Source of the DNA: a virus
Taxonomy: Duplodnaviria; Caudoviricetes
Virus record (IMG/VR): IMGVR_UViG_3300026196_000007
Coordinates: 1 to 47,817 of that record
Reading direction: 5' to 3' (one strand)
DNA: 47,817 nt
Part shown: positions 1 to 9,278 of the stretch, piece by piece
Position numbering within the stretch: the first letter of the stretch is position 1
Layout of the letters: every line of letters starts with the position of its first letter
The notes under the pieces: generated by a model
Database searches by the model: none
What the model saw: only the letters and a program-made list of their open reading frames with translations
What the model was told of the DNA's origin: nothing
Program-made: the position numbers and the translations under genes

Positions 1-12
1 GCGCGAAACACC
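1..12. repeat. 12-nt terminal direct repeat GCGCGAAACACC (left copy), probable cos cohesive end
   Basis: Identical to 47806-47817. Across the joined ends the flanks show dyad symmetry (TGTCGAG / CTCGGCA). Lies just upstream of the small terminase. Confidence 0.75.
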
Positions 13-44
13 CTCGGCACAAAATCCCCAGGGAGGACCCAAGA

Positions 45-605
45 TCACCTGGCAGTAGCAATCGCTTTCCTCAGTGCCGGCCCGAACTTACGAGGGAACA
101 CGGCCTGCGCCCTGCTGATACCGCGCTCGTAGAATGGGAAGATGGGACTGTACCTGCGCACGTTAGTACCAGTAGCAATAAAGGTAGACTTGCCCTTGCC
201 TGATCGCTTAAACGTAAACACCCTACCACTGCTCTTGACTGTGTACACACCTTTCCTCTTGAGTGCTCCTTTGGGCAGGTTGCCAAACTTGTTCTCGGCT
301 GCTGGGGTTGGAGCTGGCTTTCTTCCGTGGATCGTCCCCCCAGTTATCTGTGTGCGTAGGTATGCTGCTTGGATCGGCGCCAGATATACCTGTGATACTA
401 GCCTGGACCTTGTCGCCCTTATATATCGGGGTGCATTGACTGTGAACGCTGTCGGCCTGTCGATAGATTGTTTAATGAGCTGCTTTTCGACCTTGGCCAC
501 ATCAATGGCAGTATCCGACAACGCAATCATGGTGGCATACCTTACCTGCTTTTCCATGCTCTCGCTGATCTTCATAAACCGAGATGTGTCTATTTTTATA
601 TCCAT
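45..605 (-). CDS. Phage virion morphogenesis / tail-completion-like basic protein
   Basis: 186 aa, basic, with the IDRPTAFT motif typical of phage neck/tail-completion proteins; precedes terminase on the circular map. Confidence 0.5.
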   Translation of the reverse strand: MDIKIDTSRFMKISESMEKQVRYATMIALSDTAIDVAKVEKQLIKQSIDRPTAFTVNAPRYIRATRSRLVSQVYLAPIQAAYLRTQITGGTIHGRKPAPTPAAENKFGNLPKGALKRKGVYTVKSSGRVFTFKRSGKGKSTFIATGTNVRRYSPIFPFYERGISRAQAVFPRKFGPALRKAIATAR

Positions 606-663
606 ACCTAATTAATACCACAAAAACGTAATGAACCGCAAGGATCCCTTTTCTCGGCCTTCT

Positions 664-698
664 GGGGGTTGTTTCAGGGGTAGCCTGAAACAACCCCC
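664..698. repeat. Perfect 15-bp inverted repeat
   Basis: GGGGGTTGTTTCAGG-ggtag-CCTGAAACAACCCCC. Confidence 0.9.
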
Positions 699-700
699 TT

Positions 701-774
701 GCGACAATGACAGTTGCGACAGTAGGTGGTTTATCTGTGCTATGTGTCGCAAGTGTCGCGGATGTCGCGGTCGC
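701..774. repeat. Short repeat array GCGACA x2 / TGTCGC x3, candidate origin iterons
   Basis: GCGACA at 701 and 716; TGTCGC at 745, 754 and 763 (9-bp period); partial GTCGC at 770. Confidence 0.55.
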
Positions 775-840
775 AGCTACACCAGAATCATAAAGCCAAC
801 AACGAAAAAGTACAAGGAGGTATTAAAATCACTTGTTCAA

Positions 841-1300
841 ACACCCCCATGCATGTAAATTAATAGTCGTAGCCAGGTGGGCACCTCCCAGTTGTGCAGA
901 CGGGGGTCAGTGGGGGGTGCTTATCTGGCTTTTTTTAGGCTTTTTTTATTCAGCGTTTTTTCGGCCACGCTTGTTCCACCAAGCACGAAAATAACCTGTG
1001 CAGAGTTTGTGGAAAAGATCGGTTGTGGCGTCTCTACCCCAGACGCCCCAAGGGGATAAACGAGGTTGGTGGGTTGTGAGGCTCACCAAACGCACGAAAG
1101 ATTCGCCGACCACGGGATTACGGTGGGGCAGGGACAAGGCCAAGTCTCAAACATTGGCACCTCGATAAATCACAACCGGCACCTCTGAAGAGATTTTGGC
1201 TTTTTTCTTAGGCCATTTTCACTTTTTTGGGGGTTTTGGCTTTTACCCCATGCCAAACTGCACTTCATATACGGTGCAGAAGAACGGGGTGGGGTGGACT
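841..1300 (+). ncRNA. Candidate structured non-coding element, copy 1
   Basis: G-U-containing 20-bp stem 871-890/911-930; shares motifs and covarying stems with 21249-21690. Confidence 0.6.
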
Positions 1301-1401
1301 ATGTCCAGAGATCAGGCAGAGAAAACTAGCGCCGGTTTCAATCAAGATTCTAACGACGCGGCACACAGTCCTGGAAAAATCAAAACCACAAAGGAAATCA
1401 A

Positions 1402-1818
1402 ATGGTAAACAAGGTAATTTTAATCGGAAACCTAGGTGCAGATCCGGAAGTGCGCCACACCACAAACGGTGCAACAGTCGCCACGTTTACAGTCGCAACC
1501 ACCGAGCAGTGGAAGGGCGCCGACGGGAATAAGCAGGAGCAGACAGAGTGGCACCGGGTAGTGGCTTGGAAAAGGCTGGCTGAGATATGCGGCGAGTATC
1601 TTGCCAAGGGTGCGAAGGTCTACATCGAGGGTAAGCTACAGACCAGGAAGTGGCAGGCCCAGGATGGAACCGACCGGTATACCACCGAGATCGTTGCCAG
1701 GGAAATGAAGATGCTGTCCGGGAAGGGTGATAGTGGCAGAGCACAATCGTCAAACACTCAAAGAGATAGCCCTGCTCAAGGCCCTACGCCCAGTACGGGA
1801 GAGGATGTCCCGTTTTAA
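1402..1818 (+). CDS. ssb: Single-stranded DNA-binding protein
   Basis: [33 protein letters not shown] and acidic C-terminal DVPF. Confidence 0.97.
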   Translation: MVNKVILIGNLGADPEVRHTTNGATVATFTVATTEQWKGADGNKQEQTEWHRVVAWKRLAEICGEYLAKGAKVYIEGKLQTRKWQAQDGTDRYTTEIVAREMKMLSGKGDSGRAQSSNTQRDSPAQGPTPSTGEDVPF

Positions 1819-1840
1819 TTCCCGCGCTGTTATAACCCCC

Positions 1841-1876
1841 AAAAAAGGCCCCTTACCTAGTGCAAGGGGCCTTTTT
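1841..1876. terminator. Bidirectional intrinsic terminator
   Basis: AAAAAAGGCCCCTT-loop-AAGGGGCCTTTTT between convergent genes. Confidence 0.85.
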
Positions 1877-2004
1877 ATTATTGTTTATATGAGTTGTTTT
1901 GGTAAAAACCCAGCCCCTTGTGGGTCGGGAACTTGAAGGTTTCGACTCTTTGCGTTTTCAAATGGCAAAACAATGTGCCGAAACCATCCAAAACATGAAT
2001 AATC

Positions 2005-2211
2005 TTAAAAAAGCGAGCCCTGCACAGGAGGCTTTCTTCTGTCAGGCTCTCGTTTAACTTCTACCTCCTTCTTGGTGTAATATCGACATTCTTTGCATCT
2101 GCTTCTTCCTGACTCCTGGATAGAGATGCAATGGCGGATGTTCCCGCTCTCCTCCATATCTTTGCCGTAAGCATTCGGGCAGTATTGTGGGGTCATTTTT
2201 CGCCGCATCAA
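2005..2211 (-). CDS. Hypothetical Cys-containing protein
   Basis: 68 aa; start overlaps the upstream stop. Confidence 0.55.
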   Translation of the reverse strand: MMRRKMTPQYCPNAYGKDMEESGNIRHCISIQESGRSRCKECRYYTKKEVEVKREPDRRKPPVQGSLF

Positions 2212-2540
2212 AATGCCTTCCCACCATGCCGGTACTCACGGTTGGCGTTAAATTCAATTTTCGCAACCAGAGCCTCGGCCACCTCCCATCCCCTGGCCGC
2301 AGCCATATCCATTATCCTGATGATAACATCGGCAAGCTCAACCTCGCACGCGGAAAATTCTGGCAATTTGTTGTCTGGCCCATTGCCGGCGCGTAATGCC
2401 TCAAGAGCCTCTGAGAGTTCGGAATGGCAAAGAGCTATCAACTCACCATCGTTTCGTTCGCCCTCCCACCACCCCTTGGCTATGGCATTCTCGTGAACAG
2501 CGTTCGCAATAGTATTGAATGCAGTTACAAATTCATTCAT
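2208..2540 (-). CDS. MazG-like NTP pyrophosphohydrolase
   Basis: IALCHSELSEALEA and EVELADVIIRIMD motifs; own RBS and start (MNEF) inside the longer 2208-2963 ORF. Confidence 0.85.
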   Translation of the reverse strand: MNEFVTAFNTIANAVHENAIAKGWWEGERNDGELIALCHSELSEALEALRAGNGPDNKLPEFSACEVELADVIIRIMDMAAARGWEVAEALVAKIEFNANREYRHGGKAF

Positions 2541-2822
2541 GTTTTCCCCTTGTTGGTCGTTAGACCACTCAAGACTTTCGGCCCACTCAATCAAGTCTTT
2601 CTTTGATGTAAATTTCTTCTTCCGGAGATTCATTACATAAGCAACCTGACCGAAACCGAAAATCATAAAAAGAATGCCAGTCAGAAACGTCCACCACGTG
2701 CTTCCAATGCTTATATAAATACAGAACGCCAGGAAGCAAAACGTCACCATGTCAGAGAAAACACTCTGGAGAAACGACTCAGTTCTATCTATTACCGCAT
2801 ACTCTTTTTGTTCTTTTTTCAT
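2541..2822 (-). CDS. Small two-TM membrane protein, reads in frame into the MazG-like gene
   Basis: MKKEQ start at 2822, two hydrophobic segments, no stop before 2208. Confidence 0.55.
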
Positions 2823-2834
2823 ATCAACCCCAAT

Positions 2835-2899
2835 TGTTAACCAATAAATCGACGCGGATGCCGCAAACAGCGCGGAACCAGTTATTTTGGCGATTGGGT
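2835..2899 (+). mobile_element. attC-like site, degenerate R'
   Basis: TGTTAAC-CAATA-AATCGACG...AGTTATT-TTGGCG-ATTGGGT. Confidence 0.55.
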
Positions 2900-3028
2900 T
2901 AAAGAAGCCCCGCGAGGTTTGAAATCCCGTTAGCGACTCTCCGTTGGTTGTCCGGCCAATCACTGGTCACGCTGTCTATGATCTCAAGAAAAGAGTCAAA
3001 CTCGACCTGAGTCCGCAGAATTCACAGG

Positions 3029-3430
3029 TCATGATTTCCTTTCAATAACAACTACGTTCTCACCATCTAGCACAACGTCGGCTATTCTTGGCTTCCAGCG
3101 CATTGCCGCTCCATTGCGATTCAGTTTCACTTTGCGCCATGACCACAGCTCGCACGGTGCGTGTTTAAGCCATTCGTAGACGGCTTCGTTGCGCTCTTCC
3201 ATGAGCTTCTTAACGTGCTCTGAATAGGCCTGTCCGCATGACTGTACGGCGACGATTCCAGCCGTAGGGTCAATGCAGATAATGTCGATGAACCCGAACA
3301 GATCTTGTCGTATTCCAAACGCTCCGACGTTCCGGTTGAATCTTTCTACAATACCGCACAACCTGCCTTGTTCGCGCATTGCTTTGAGCGTTCTCTGTGT
3401 TGGGCTAATTCCTGCCATGTCTATTCCCAC
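3029..3430 (-). CDS. PD-(D/E)XK-like nuclease, possible Holliday junction resolvase
   Basis: SPTQRTL...QDLFGFIDIIC...VAVQ pattern. Confidence 0.55.
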   Translation of the reverse strand: MGIDMAGISPTQRTLKAMREQGRLCGIVERFNRNVGAFGIRQDLFGFIDIICIDPTAGIVAVQSCGQAYSEHVKKLMEERNEAVYEWLKHAPCELWSWRKVKLNRNGAAMRWKPRIADVVLDGENVVVIERKS

Positions 3431-3530
3431 TTGTTTACACGTTCCCGCGCAACTGCAAAATATGTTTCGTCAAGCTCAATGCCTATGAAGTTCCGGCCAA
3501 GGTTCTTGCAAGCTACGCCGGTTGTGCCTG
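3421..3530 (-). pseudogene. Orphan C-terminal fragment of an N6/N4 DNA methyltransferase
   Basis: SGTTGVACKNLGRNFIGIELDETYF duplicates the C-terminus of the 4067-4843 frame. Confidence 0.8.
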
Positions 3531-4112
3531 AACGCTGTGCCTGTACACTCTTGCAATCCAAGTATAAAAATCGTTCTCGCTCATTGTATGTTTTGCAAAG
3601 TTGCAATATTTACAACATGCAACAGTATTGCTACCAGTGTACCCTTTTGAATTGTTAACTCTATCTACCCCATTGCATTTGAGGATATGGTCAGACAATC
3701 GTTTTCTGGCGTTTGACTCGTTAAGTCTATCTTCAATCTCTTTTGAATGAGATAGCCCACAATATTTACAAGGGGATTTAGATAATAGAGAGAATTTTCT
3801 AAAACTAATAACATTACTAAAGCCCATTTTTTTATTTCTTCGCTTTAGATGGCTATATTGAACTCTAAGTAAGGCTTTTTCCCTATCTTCAAAAAGTCCG
3901 TACTGGTTCCCACGTCTTAGTAAAAATTCAGTGAGAAGACACCCGCAACTTTTAGATTTTTTACTAGAAAGATTATCGCCAACTACTATCTTGTTAGCCC
4001 CACAATCACATTTACACATCCATAGATGTTTTCCTCTGTGGTCTTTTCCTTCGTGCTGTATGACAACTAATCGCCCATACCTCTGCCCTGTCCTGTCTTT
4101 AAACGCTGGCAT
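3513..4112 (-). CDS. HNH-type homing endonuclease
   Basis: GQRYGRLVV, CKCDCG and SCGC N-domain; CKYCG...GVDRVNNSKGY...CCKYCNFAK; AT-rich. Confidence 0.8.
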   Translation of the reverse strand: MPAFKDRTGQRYGRLVVIQHEGKDHRGKHLWMCKCDCGANKIVVGDNLSSKKSKSCGCLLTEFLLRRGNQYGLFEDREKALLRVQYSHLKRRNKKMGFSNVISFRKFSLLSKSPCKYCGLSHSKEIEDRLNESNARKRLSDHILKCNGVDRVNNSKGYTGSNTVACCKYCNFAKHTMSENDFYTWIARVYRHSVQAQPA

Positions 4113-4843
4113 TCTATTGCACCATTTACCCTTTTAACTCCAATATTGTAATAATCTTTATCTAATTCGATCCCTATGAATCTACGGTTTAGATTAACAC
4201 ATGCAACACCAGTTGTAAAGCTACCAGCGCAGAAATCAAGTACCGTGTCGCACTTGTTGGTGTAGGTCTTGATTAGGTACTCCATCAAGGCTACTGGCTT
4301 TTGCGTTGGGTGCATCCTATTTCTTAAGTCTCTGTTGCATTCTATCAAGCTTGTTGGGTATCGTTTGCCTTTGTTCTGAGTTATATATCCTTCTTTTGTC
4401 CCAGTCTTCCCGAAAACCTCATTATCATTATACTTGCGTGTAATTGTATATGCCTTCCCGTCTGTAAACTGTGGGTTATAATTTGGAAGTTTTTTATAAA
4501 ACACAAGGATATTCTCGTGTTTCTTTAGCGGCATTTTGTTTGCATTTAGGTTTCCGGTACCCTGCTCCTTCACCCATAGCCACTCGTATCGCAGCATATT
4601 TAAATTACTAACGCCGAGCACTTTGTCAAAAGGAGTTTGCGCCATAAGTAAAATAGCACCGTTCGGCTTAATGATCCGCTTAAGTTGTTCCCACATCGGC
4701 GCAAGAGGAATAATCGAATCCCACTTACACGCTGTAGTTCCGTAAAGCTATGGAGGGTCTGCAAGAATCATATCCACTGATGAATCAGGGATAATTTTCA
4801 TTACATCAAGGCAGTCGCCGCAATGCAACTCAAATTCTTGCAA
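4067..4843 (-). pseudogene. N6-adenine/N4-cytosine DNA methyltransferase (beta class) with an in-frame TAG in the DPPY motif
   Basis: TTG start at 4843 after AAGGAG; HCGDCL...ADPP*LYGTT; HPTQKP; VLDFCAGS; TAG at 4748-4750. Confidence 0.8.
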
Positions 4844-4863
4844 ACCCAAATCTCCTTGTTTGC

Positions 4864-5355
4864 TCATATTAAATATCTACCAATATTTGATTTAATGTTC
4901 TCCCATTCTTCTTGGGTCATATCATTTTTGCACCTGTTCTCAAACCACGTCAAGAATTGTATATTGCGTAGCTCGTTCGTTCCCCCTTTTGCCTTGGGAT
5001 GAATATGATCAATAGATGGTTTTAAGTATGCTTCTTTCCCAGAATTGACCCATGTTTCATATATGGCATTAAATTGTCCACATGAATAAAAAAACAATAA
5101 ATAGTCTTGATACCATTCTGTAGAAACATCAAACCGCCCAGACCTGTTAGTTATGCAATCATTGAGCAGTTTTAGTTTTTCTATGTCATCAAATTGAGAT
5201 AACCACTCAGCAGTAACGGCAAACCGCGAGTGAGATGCCATATTCTTATATACTGATTCTTTGGGCATCTTCTTACCCTTAGACCATGTTTTGCGCCCCA
5301 TGCAAGCCTTACTAATATTGTCCCTGTGCCGTTGTGTAAATATTCTCTTTTTCAT
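4864..5355 (-). CDS. HNH endonuclease with NUMOD3-like N-terminus
   Basis: SIDHIHPKAKGG...NIQFLTWFENRCK; AT-rich. Confidence 0.85.
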   Translation of the reverse strand: MKKRIFTQRHRDNISKACMGRKTWSKGKKMPKESVYKNMASHSRFAVTAEWLSQFDDIEKLKLLNDCITNRSGRFDVSTEWYQDYLLFFYSCGQFNAIYETWVNSGKEAYLKPSIDHIHPKAKGGTNELRNIQFLTWFENRCKNDMTQEEWENIKSNIGRYLI

Positions 5356-5362
5356 ATGGGTA

Positions 5363-5391
5363 TATATACTCTATACTTGCAGACTTGTCAA
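5363..5391 (-). promoter_or_regulatory. Sigma70-type promoter for the HNH gene
   Basis: TTGACA-17bp-TATATA with the ATG about 7 nt downstream. Confidence 0.6.
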
Positions 5392-5395
5392 TAGA

Positions 5396-5569
5396 CTAAC
5401 AGCAAGTAAATGGCGGGTCGGGCAGTACCAGGTCAACGCTCCCGGCTTCAAGCGTTCCCATCAACTGGAGGCAATCCCCGTGCAGGAGTACAGGTTTATT
5501 AATAAGGTGTTTCATCGGATTGGCACCAGCGCCGGTGCCGGTGTCTTCTATGGTTTCATCTTTGTTCAT
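5396..5569 (-). pseudogene. Orphan N-terminal fragment of an N6/N4 DNA methyltransferase
   Basis: Manual translation: LLHGDCLQLMGTLEAGSVDLVLPDPPFTCC*; similarity ends at DPP. Confidence 0.8.
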
Positions 5570-5585
5570 TCTTTCATGCTCCTAG

Positions 5586-6530
5586 TTATGCCAGCCGGTG
5601 AGCTTGGCGGTTAACCACGTCCAGCCAGTCATGCCCTACCGTCACCGGCGTGAAAACCTGGACCGACAACTTGTTGATTACCGACAGTCTGTTGGCTAGT
5701 TTATATGCCGCCTTTTGTCCAGCAAAATTTTGGTCATTATCAGCAATTATTATGGCCTCTTTCACGGCTGGCGGCGGGATAAATGATTCCATCAGCGAGG
5801 TGCTCAGCGTTGCCCACACCGGTATTCCGAGATCGTCATGTGCAGCTATTGCCGTCTCTATCCCCTCAGCTACCCCTAATATACTGTCGCAATCGTAAAG
5901 CCTCACCGCACCCCCAACCATTTGCCCGATGCATGGCATGTGCATTTTTGGTGCTGCAACTGGTAGTTTGTTTCCTTCAGGTGTCAAATATATTCGCTGC
6001 ATTGTTACTGCTTTGTTGTCTGCCCCTGTAAATACTGCCAGCAATGCGTGTTCATTCTGCTTCGTCTCCACGTTCCAGCATTTTCGAGTATGCCTCAAGC
6101 ATCCCGGGATATCCTTCAACCCCCGGTTTGTAAGATATCGGTGCGCAACGTCACCACGTCTTATTGGTGCCGATTCAATAAATGTTTTCCTTAGCAAATC
6201 TGGAGACACCGGCTTTTCTTCCGGGACAGGATTCAGTTCGCAATTACCTACAATGCTCGCGACAGCCTCCATAGCTTCCCTTACATCGATGCCGAGCACC
6301 CTCATAACCAGGTCGATTCCGAACCCAGGACCACAGCCATTGCAATAATACGATCCCCTTTCCGCAACGTTCCTATCGACCCTGAACCTGTCAGATTTTT
6401 TAGATCCTGGTGAGCAGGCTGGGCATGGACCGTGACGTCCTGTTTCATTTACGTTTATCCCGAGTGACCTCCATACGCTTAGCCACTTTCCGCTGGCCGC
6501 TTTTTTAACCGCATCAAATTCTACGGCCAC
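5586..6530 (-). CDS. Phage primase (Zn ribbon + Toprim)
   Basis: HGPCPAC...DRF...CNGCG; VAEGIETA; IIADND. Confidence 0.9.
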   Translation of the reverse strand: MAVEFDAVKKAASGKWLSVWRSLGINVNETGRHGPCPACSPGSKKSDRFRVDRNVAERGSYYCNGCGPGFGIDLVMRVLGIDVREAMEAVASIVGNCELNPVPEEKPVSPDLLRKTFIESAPIRRGDVAHRYLTNRGLKDIPGCLRHTRKCWNVETKQNEHALLAVFTGADNKAVTMQRIYLTPEGNKLPVAAPKMHMPCIGQMVGGAVRLYDCDSILGVAEGIETAIAAHDDLGIPVWATLSTSLMESFIPPPAVKEAIIIADNDQNFAGQKAAYKLANRLSVINKLSVQVFTPVTVGHDWLDVVNRQAHRLA

Positions 6531-8061
6531 GATCTTTGCTCTTCGCTTTTTTGATATTCAGATGGATGATAAAGTTGATAAATGCGTCGTCAGGTTCGAT
6601 TGGGGAAACGTCGCTCACGTTCCGTGGCCATACTCCGGTACGTTCCCGGTATTTGTGCGCGGCCCACCCGTGCCTGTATCCTTTCTGCAGTTGATATGCC
6701 AGGCACATCCCATACCATCTCCTTTTGTCTGCCTTTGTCATCCCCTTCTTTCCGGATATTTCCTCAAGCGTCCCCTCCTGAACCTCTACTTTCCGCCCAA
6801 ATGAAGTAACTGGACTACCGCAGTCAGGGCAAACCTTAGACCCTTCAAACACCAGATGGCAAGCCGAGCATTTTGTTGGCCGCTTCTCCTTCTCTTTTTT
6901 CTCGACCTCTCTGTATGCTTTCTCGTTTCCTTCGAGCGTCCACTCGACGACATCAGTCAAATACCCGTGGTCCTCGATGCACCCTACATGGTCAAATATT
7001 TTGCAGTCTGGATACATGGATGATACTCTAAGTCCGCGGCCACATGCCTGGCGATAAAGTCCTAGCGATTTGGTGGGCCTGGCCATTACCACACATGAGA
7101 TGTTTGGGCAGTCCATTCCTTCCTGATACAGCGCAACATTGCAAAGCACCGTCAGTTCTCCGGATTGCATTTTTCGGAATACCAGATCCCTTTCGTCGTC
7201 GCTGGACCTGGCATCTAGGTGGGCTGCTGAGATTCCAACTCGCAGGAATTCTTCGCATACACTGATTGAGTGTTTCACCGTCAAACAGAAAACTATGGTA
7301 GGCCGTCCATCTGCTGCCCTGAGCCAGTTATCTACTATATCGCCGGTTATCTTTTTGGTGTTCGTTCTCGCTTCAATTCCCTTTATATCATAATCTCCCC
7401 GAACTATTTTAACCCCGCTCGTGTCAACTGTTGAAGGAGCATAGTACCTTGGTGTGGCTAGATGGCCGGCTTCAACTAGCTCCTTAACACCGATCACATC
7501 CACAATCTTTTCGTAAATATTCCCCAGCGGCTTGCCATCAGACCTCATCGGTGTAGCGGTACACCCAATAATAACTCGGTCATGGTACATCTCCAGGGTT
7601 TCCATGTACACTTTTCCCAGCGACCTGTGACATTCGTCGATAAGGACAACCTGCGCATCGACAAAAAACCGGCTGTTTTCGAGTTTAATCCTTCTTGAGT
7701 ATGTTTGGTATGTCCCGACCTGCACTTTTTTATGCATCTCTGAGTCGACACCCGCCATAATCACTCCGGCATCAATCCCGAACTTTAGTAGCGTTTCCCT
7801 CATCTGTGCGACCAGGTTCCTCCGGTGTACCAGCCATAGTACCCGGCATCCCTTTGAAATAGATAGGCGAATAATCTCTGCCATTATCCAACTTTTACCA
7901 GCTCCAGTAGGCAATGCCAGTATGATTTTTTTGAATCCACTTGCAACCACGTTCCTTGCCTCGTCGACGGCTCGCTGCTGGTAGTCTCGCAACACTGGCA
8001 TGTCACTCAAAACAGCCTCTCTTGTTCTCATTTCGGCGCCTGTAAACTTGTAGGCAATCAC
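6514..8061 (-). CDS. Superfamily 2 DEAD/DEAH-box helicase with C-terminal Zn finger
   Basis: LPTGAGKS, DECH, TATP, QACGRGLR, CxxC...CPDCG. Confidence 0.93.
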   Translation of the reverse strand: MIAYKFTGAEMRTREAVLSDMPVLRDYQQRAVDEARNVVASGFKKIILALPTGAGKSWIMAEIIRLSISKGCRVLWLVHRRNLVAQMRETLLKFGIDAGVIMAGVDSEMHKKVQVGTYQTYSRRIKLENSRFFVDAQVVLIDECHRSLGKVYMETLEMYHDRVIIGCTATPMRSDGKPLGNIYEKIVDVIGVKELVEAGHLATPRYYAPSTVDTSGVKIVRGDYDIKGIEARTNTKKITGDIVDNWLRAADGRPTIVFCLTVKHSISVCEEFLRVGISAAHLDARSSDDERDLVFRKMQSGELTVLCNVALYQEGMDCPNISCVVMARPTKSLGLYRQACGRGLRVSSMYPDCKIFDHVGCIEDHGYLTDVVEWTLEGNEKAYREVEKKEKEKRPTKCSACHLVFEGSKVCPDCGSPVTSFGRKVEVQEGTLEEISGKKGMTKADKRRWYGMCLAYQLQKGYRHGWAAHKYRERTGVWPRNVSDVSPIEPDDAFINFIIHLNIKKAKSKDRGRRI

Positions 8062-8082
8062 AGTTGTTTCCCCTTGTAAAAT

Positions 8083-8808
8083 TTAAACGTAAACAGGCAC
8101 CCCGGCAACCTCTTGTACCAGTCGCTTAAATAACGCCTCATCGCTGTGAGCTCCGGACAGGTGCAGCAATCGCACCTCGCGCAGCCTGGCCATTTTGCTC
8201 TTTCTGATCAATTCGACCACCCGCTCGATGCTCATATGGTGCTGATATATCCTGTTTGCAAGCGTTTTGTTGGTTGTGCCTGAATCAACGGCCTCATGCA
8301 ATAGTTTCTCAGAAAAATTGGCCTCGATCATGAGAATTGAACAGTCCGGAAAGGTGTGATCCGAAAATCCTGTATCGGTGATGAATATCAGTTGATCGTC
8401 ACCATCTTCGATCATATACCCCGTGCAGTCGTAGTCTTCATCGTGGCGGAGGGGGAATCCGTAGACCCTCCAGAAAATGGTCCTGGCAAAATCATGCTTC
8501 AAACCTTGCCCGTTCAGAATCACGTTAATCTTGTGAGAAAGGGACCGTTCTGGCACATTTAACCGGCTGGCAGTGGTTGCATTTGCAATCACCGGTATAC
8601 CGGCAAGCAACACCTCCCTGACCGCAAGACAATGGTCCCGGTGAGCGTGGGAAATACAACAAGCTTTGATGCGAGCTATGTCGAAATTGAGCGCCGCCTT
8701 GATATCTCGCCATTTTATCCCACACTCAATCAGGAGTTCGTGTTTGCCAGAGGATAGGTGGTAGCAGTTACCTTTGCTGCCACTCGCTATGGTCTTTACT
8801 TGGATCAT
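8083..8808 (-). CDS. Metallo-beta-lactamase-fold nuclease
   Basis: SGSKGN, SHAHRDH, TDTG, IEAN, HMS and LLHLS motifs. Confidence 0.9.
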   Translation of the reverse strand: MIQVKTIASGSKGNCYHLSSGKHELLIECGIKWRDIKAALNFDIARIKACCISHAHRDHCLAVREVLLAGIPVIANATTASRLNVPERSLSHKINVILNGQGLKHDFARTIFWRVYGFPLRHDEDYDCTGYMIEDGDDQLIFITDTGFSDHTFPDCSILMIEANFSEKLLHEAVDSGTTNKTLANRIYQHHMSIERVVELIRKSKMARLREVRLLHLSGAHSDEALFKRLVQEVAGVPVYV

Positions 8809-8838
8809 GGTTTACCCTTTTTGCAAATTTAAACCTAT

Positions 8839-8886
8839 GGCCAACAAAGGTTTCAACCGGACGAGCCGGTTAAACCAGCGTTAGCC
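8839..8886 (+). mobile_element. attC-like site
   Basis: GGCCAAC-AAAGG-TTTCAACC-GGACGAGCC-GGTTAAA-CCAGC-GTTAGCC. Confidence 0.8.
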
Positions 8887-9255
8887 GGCGTATTCTTCAT
8901 CTCCGTACATGTTCTTGCAGTTCCCTCTTAAAACCTTCTGCCCAAACTCTCCGAATCCGACTTCAACGAAGTCCCAAGGGTTACTCCCATCGCCATAGTT
9001 TGATTTTTCAAGCTCAACCACGAAGCGGTCCCGCAACTCGTCGCAAGCCTCGCTCTCGGCCCACCCTTTTTTAGAGCCATCTGGCAGCATTACCACTGTG
9101 GTTTTGTTGTTAATTAACGGTGGCCCAACGACAAACATTTTCCCGTCCTCGCCAGGTAGCGACTCGATGAAACGCGATATTCTGTCAACTTCTTCTTTGC
9201 TCCATGTTGTGGCCACTATAGCGTTGTTGTTTTCGACCCCCATCCTATCCTCCAA
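8881..9255 (-). CDS. Hypothetical protein
   Basis: 124 aa; stop codon lies in the attC R' box. Confidence 0.7.
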   Translation of the reverse strand: MEDRMGVENNNAIVATTWSKEEVDRISRFIESLPGEDGKMFVVGPPLINNKTTVVMLPDGSKKGWAESEACDELRDRFVVELEKSNYGDGSNPWDFVEVGFGEFGQKVLRGNCKNMYGDEEYAG

Positions 9256-9278
9256 GTATTTTGTTAAGAGTTTTCATT

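Noticed and set aside
631-1408. Short + and - ORFs in the region upstream of ssb
   Set aside because: No motifs; the region is better explained by the repeats and the conserved structured element, though 631-858 cannot be excluded
1890-1960. tRNA-like fragment (TGGTAAAA D-loop-like, GGTTTCGACTC T-loop-like)
   Set aside because: Anticodon and acceptor stems do not pair convincingly; at most a decayed remnant
4748-4750. Genome-wide TAG recoding
   Set aside because: Single case; other genes are intact in the standard code, and readthrough would still disrupt DPPY
3513-5400. Group I introns or inteins in the methyltransferase
   Set aside because: No room for, or sign of, an intron core around the HNH ORFs; they are not in-frame fusions; duplicated termini explain the layout
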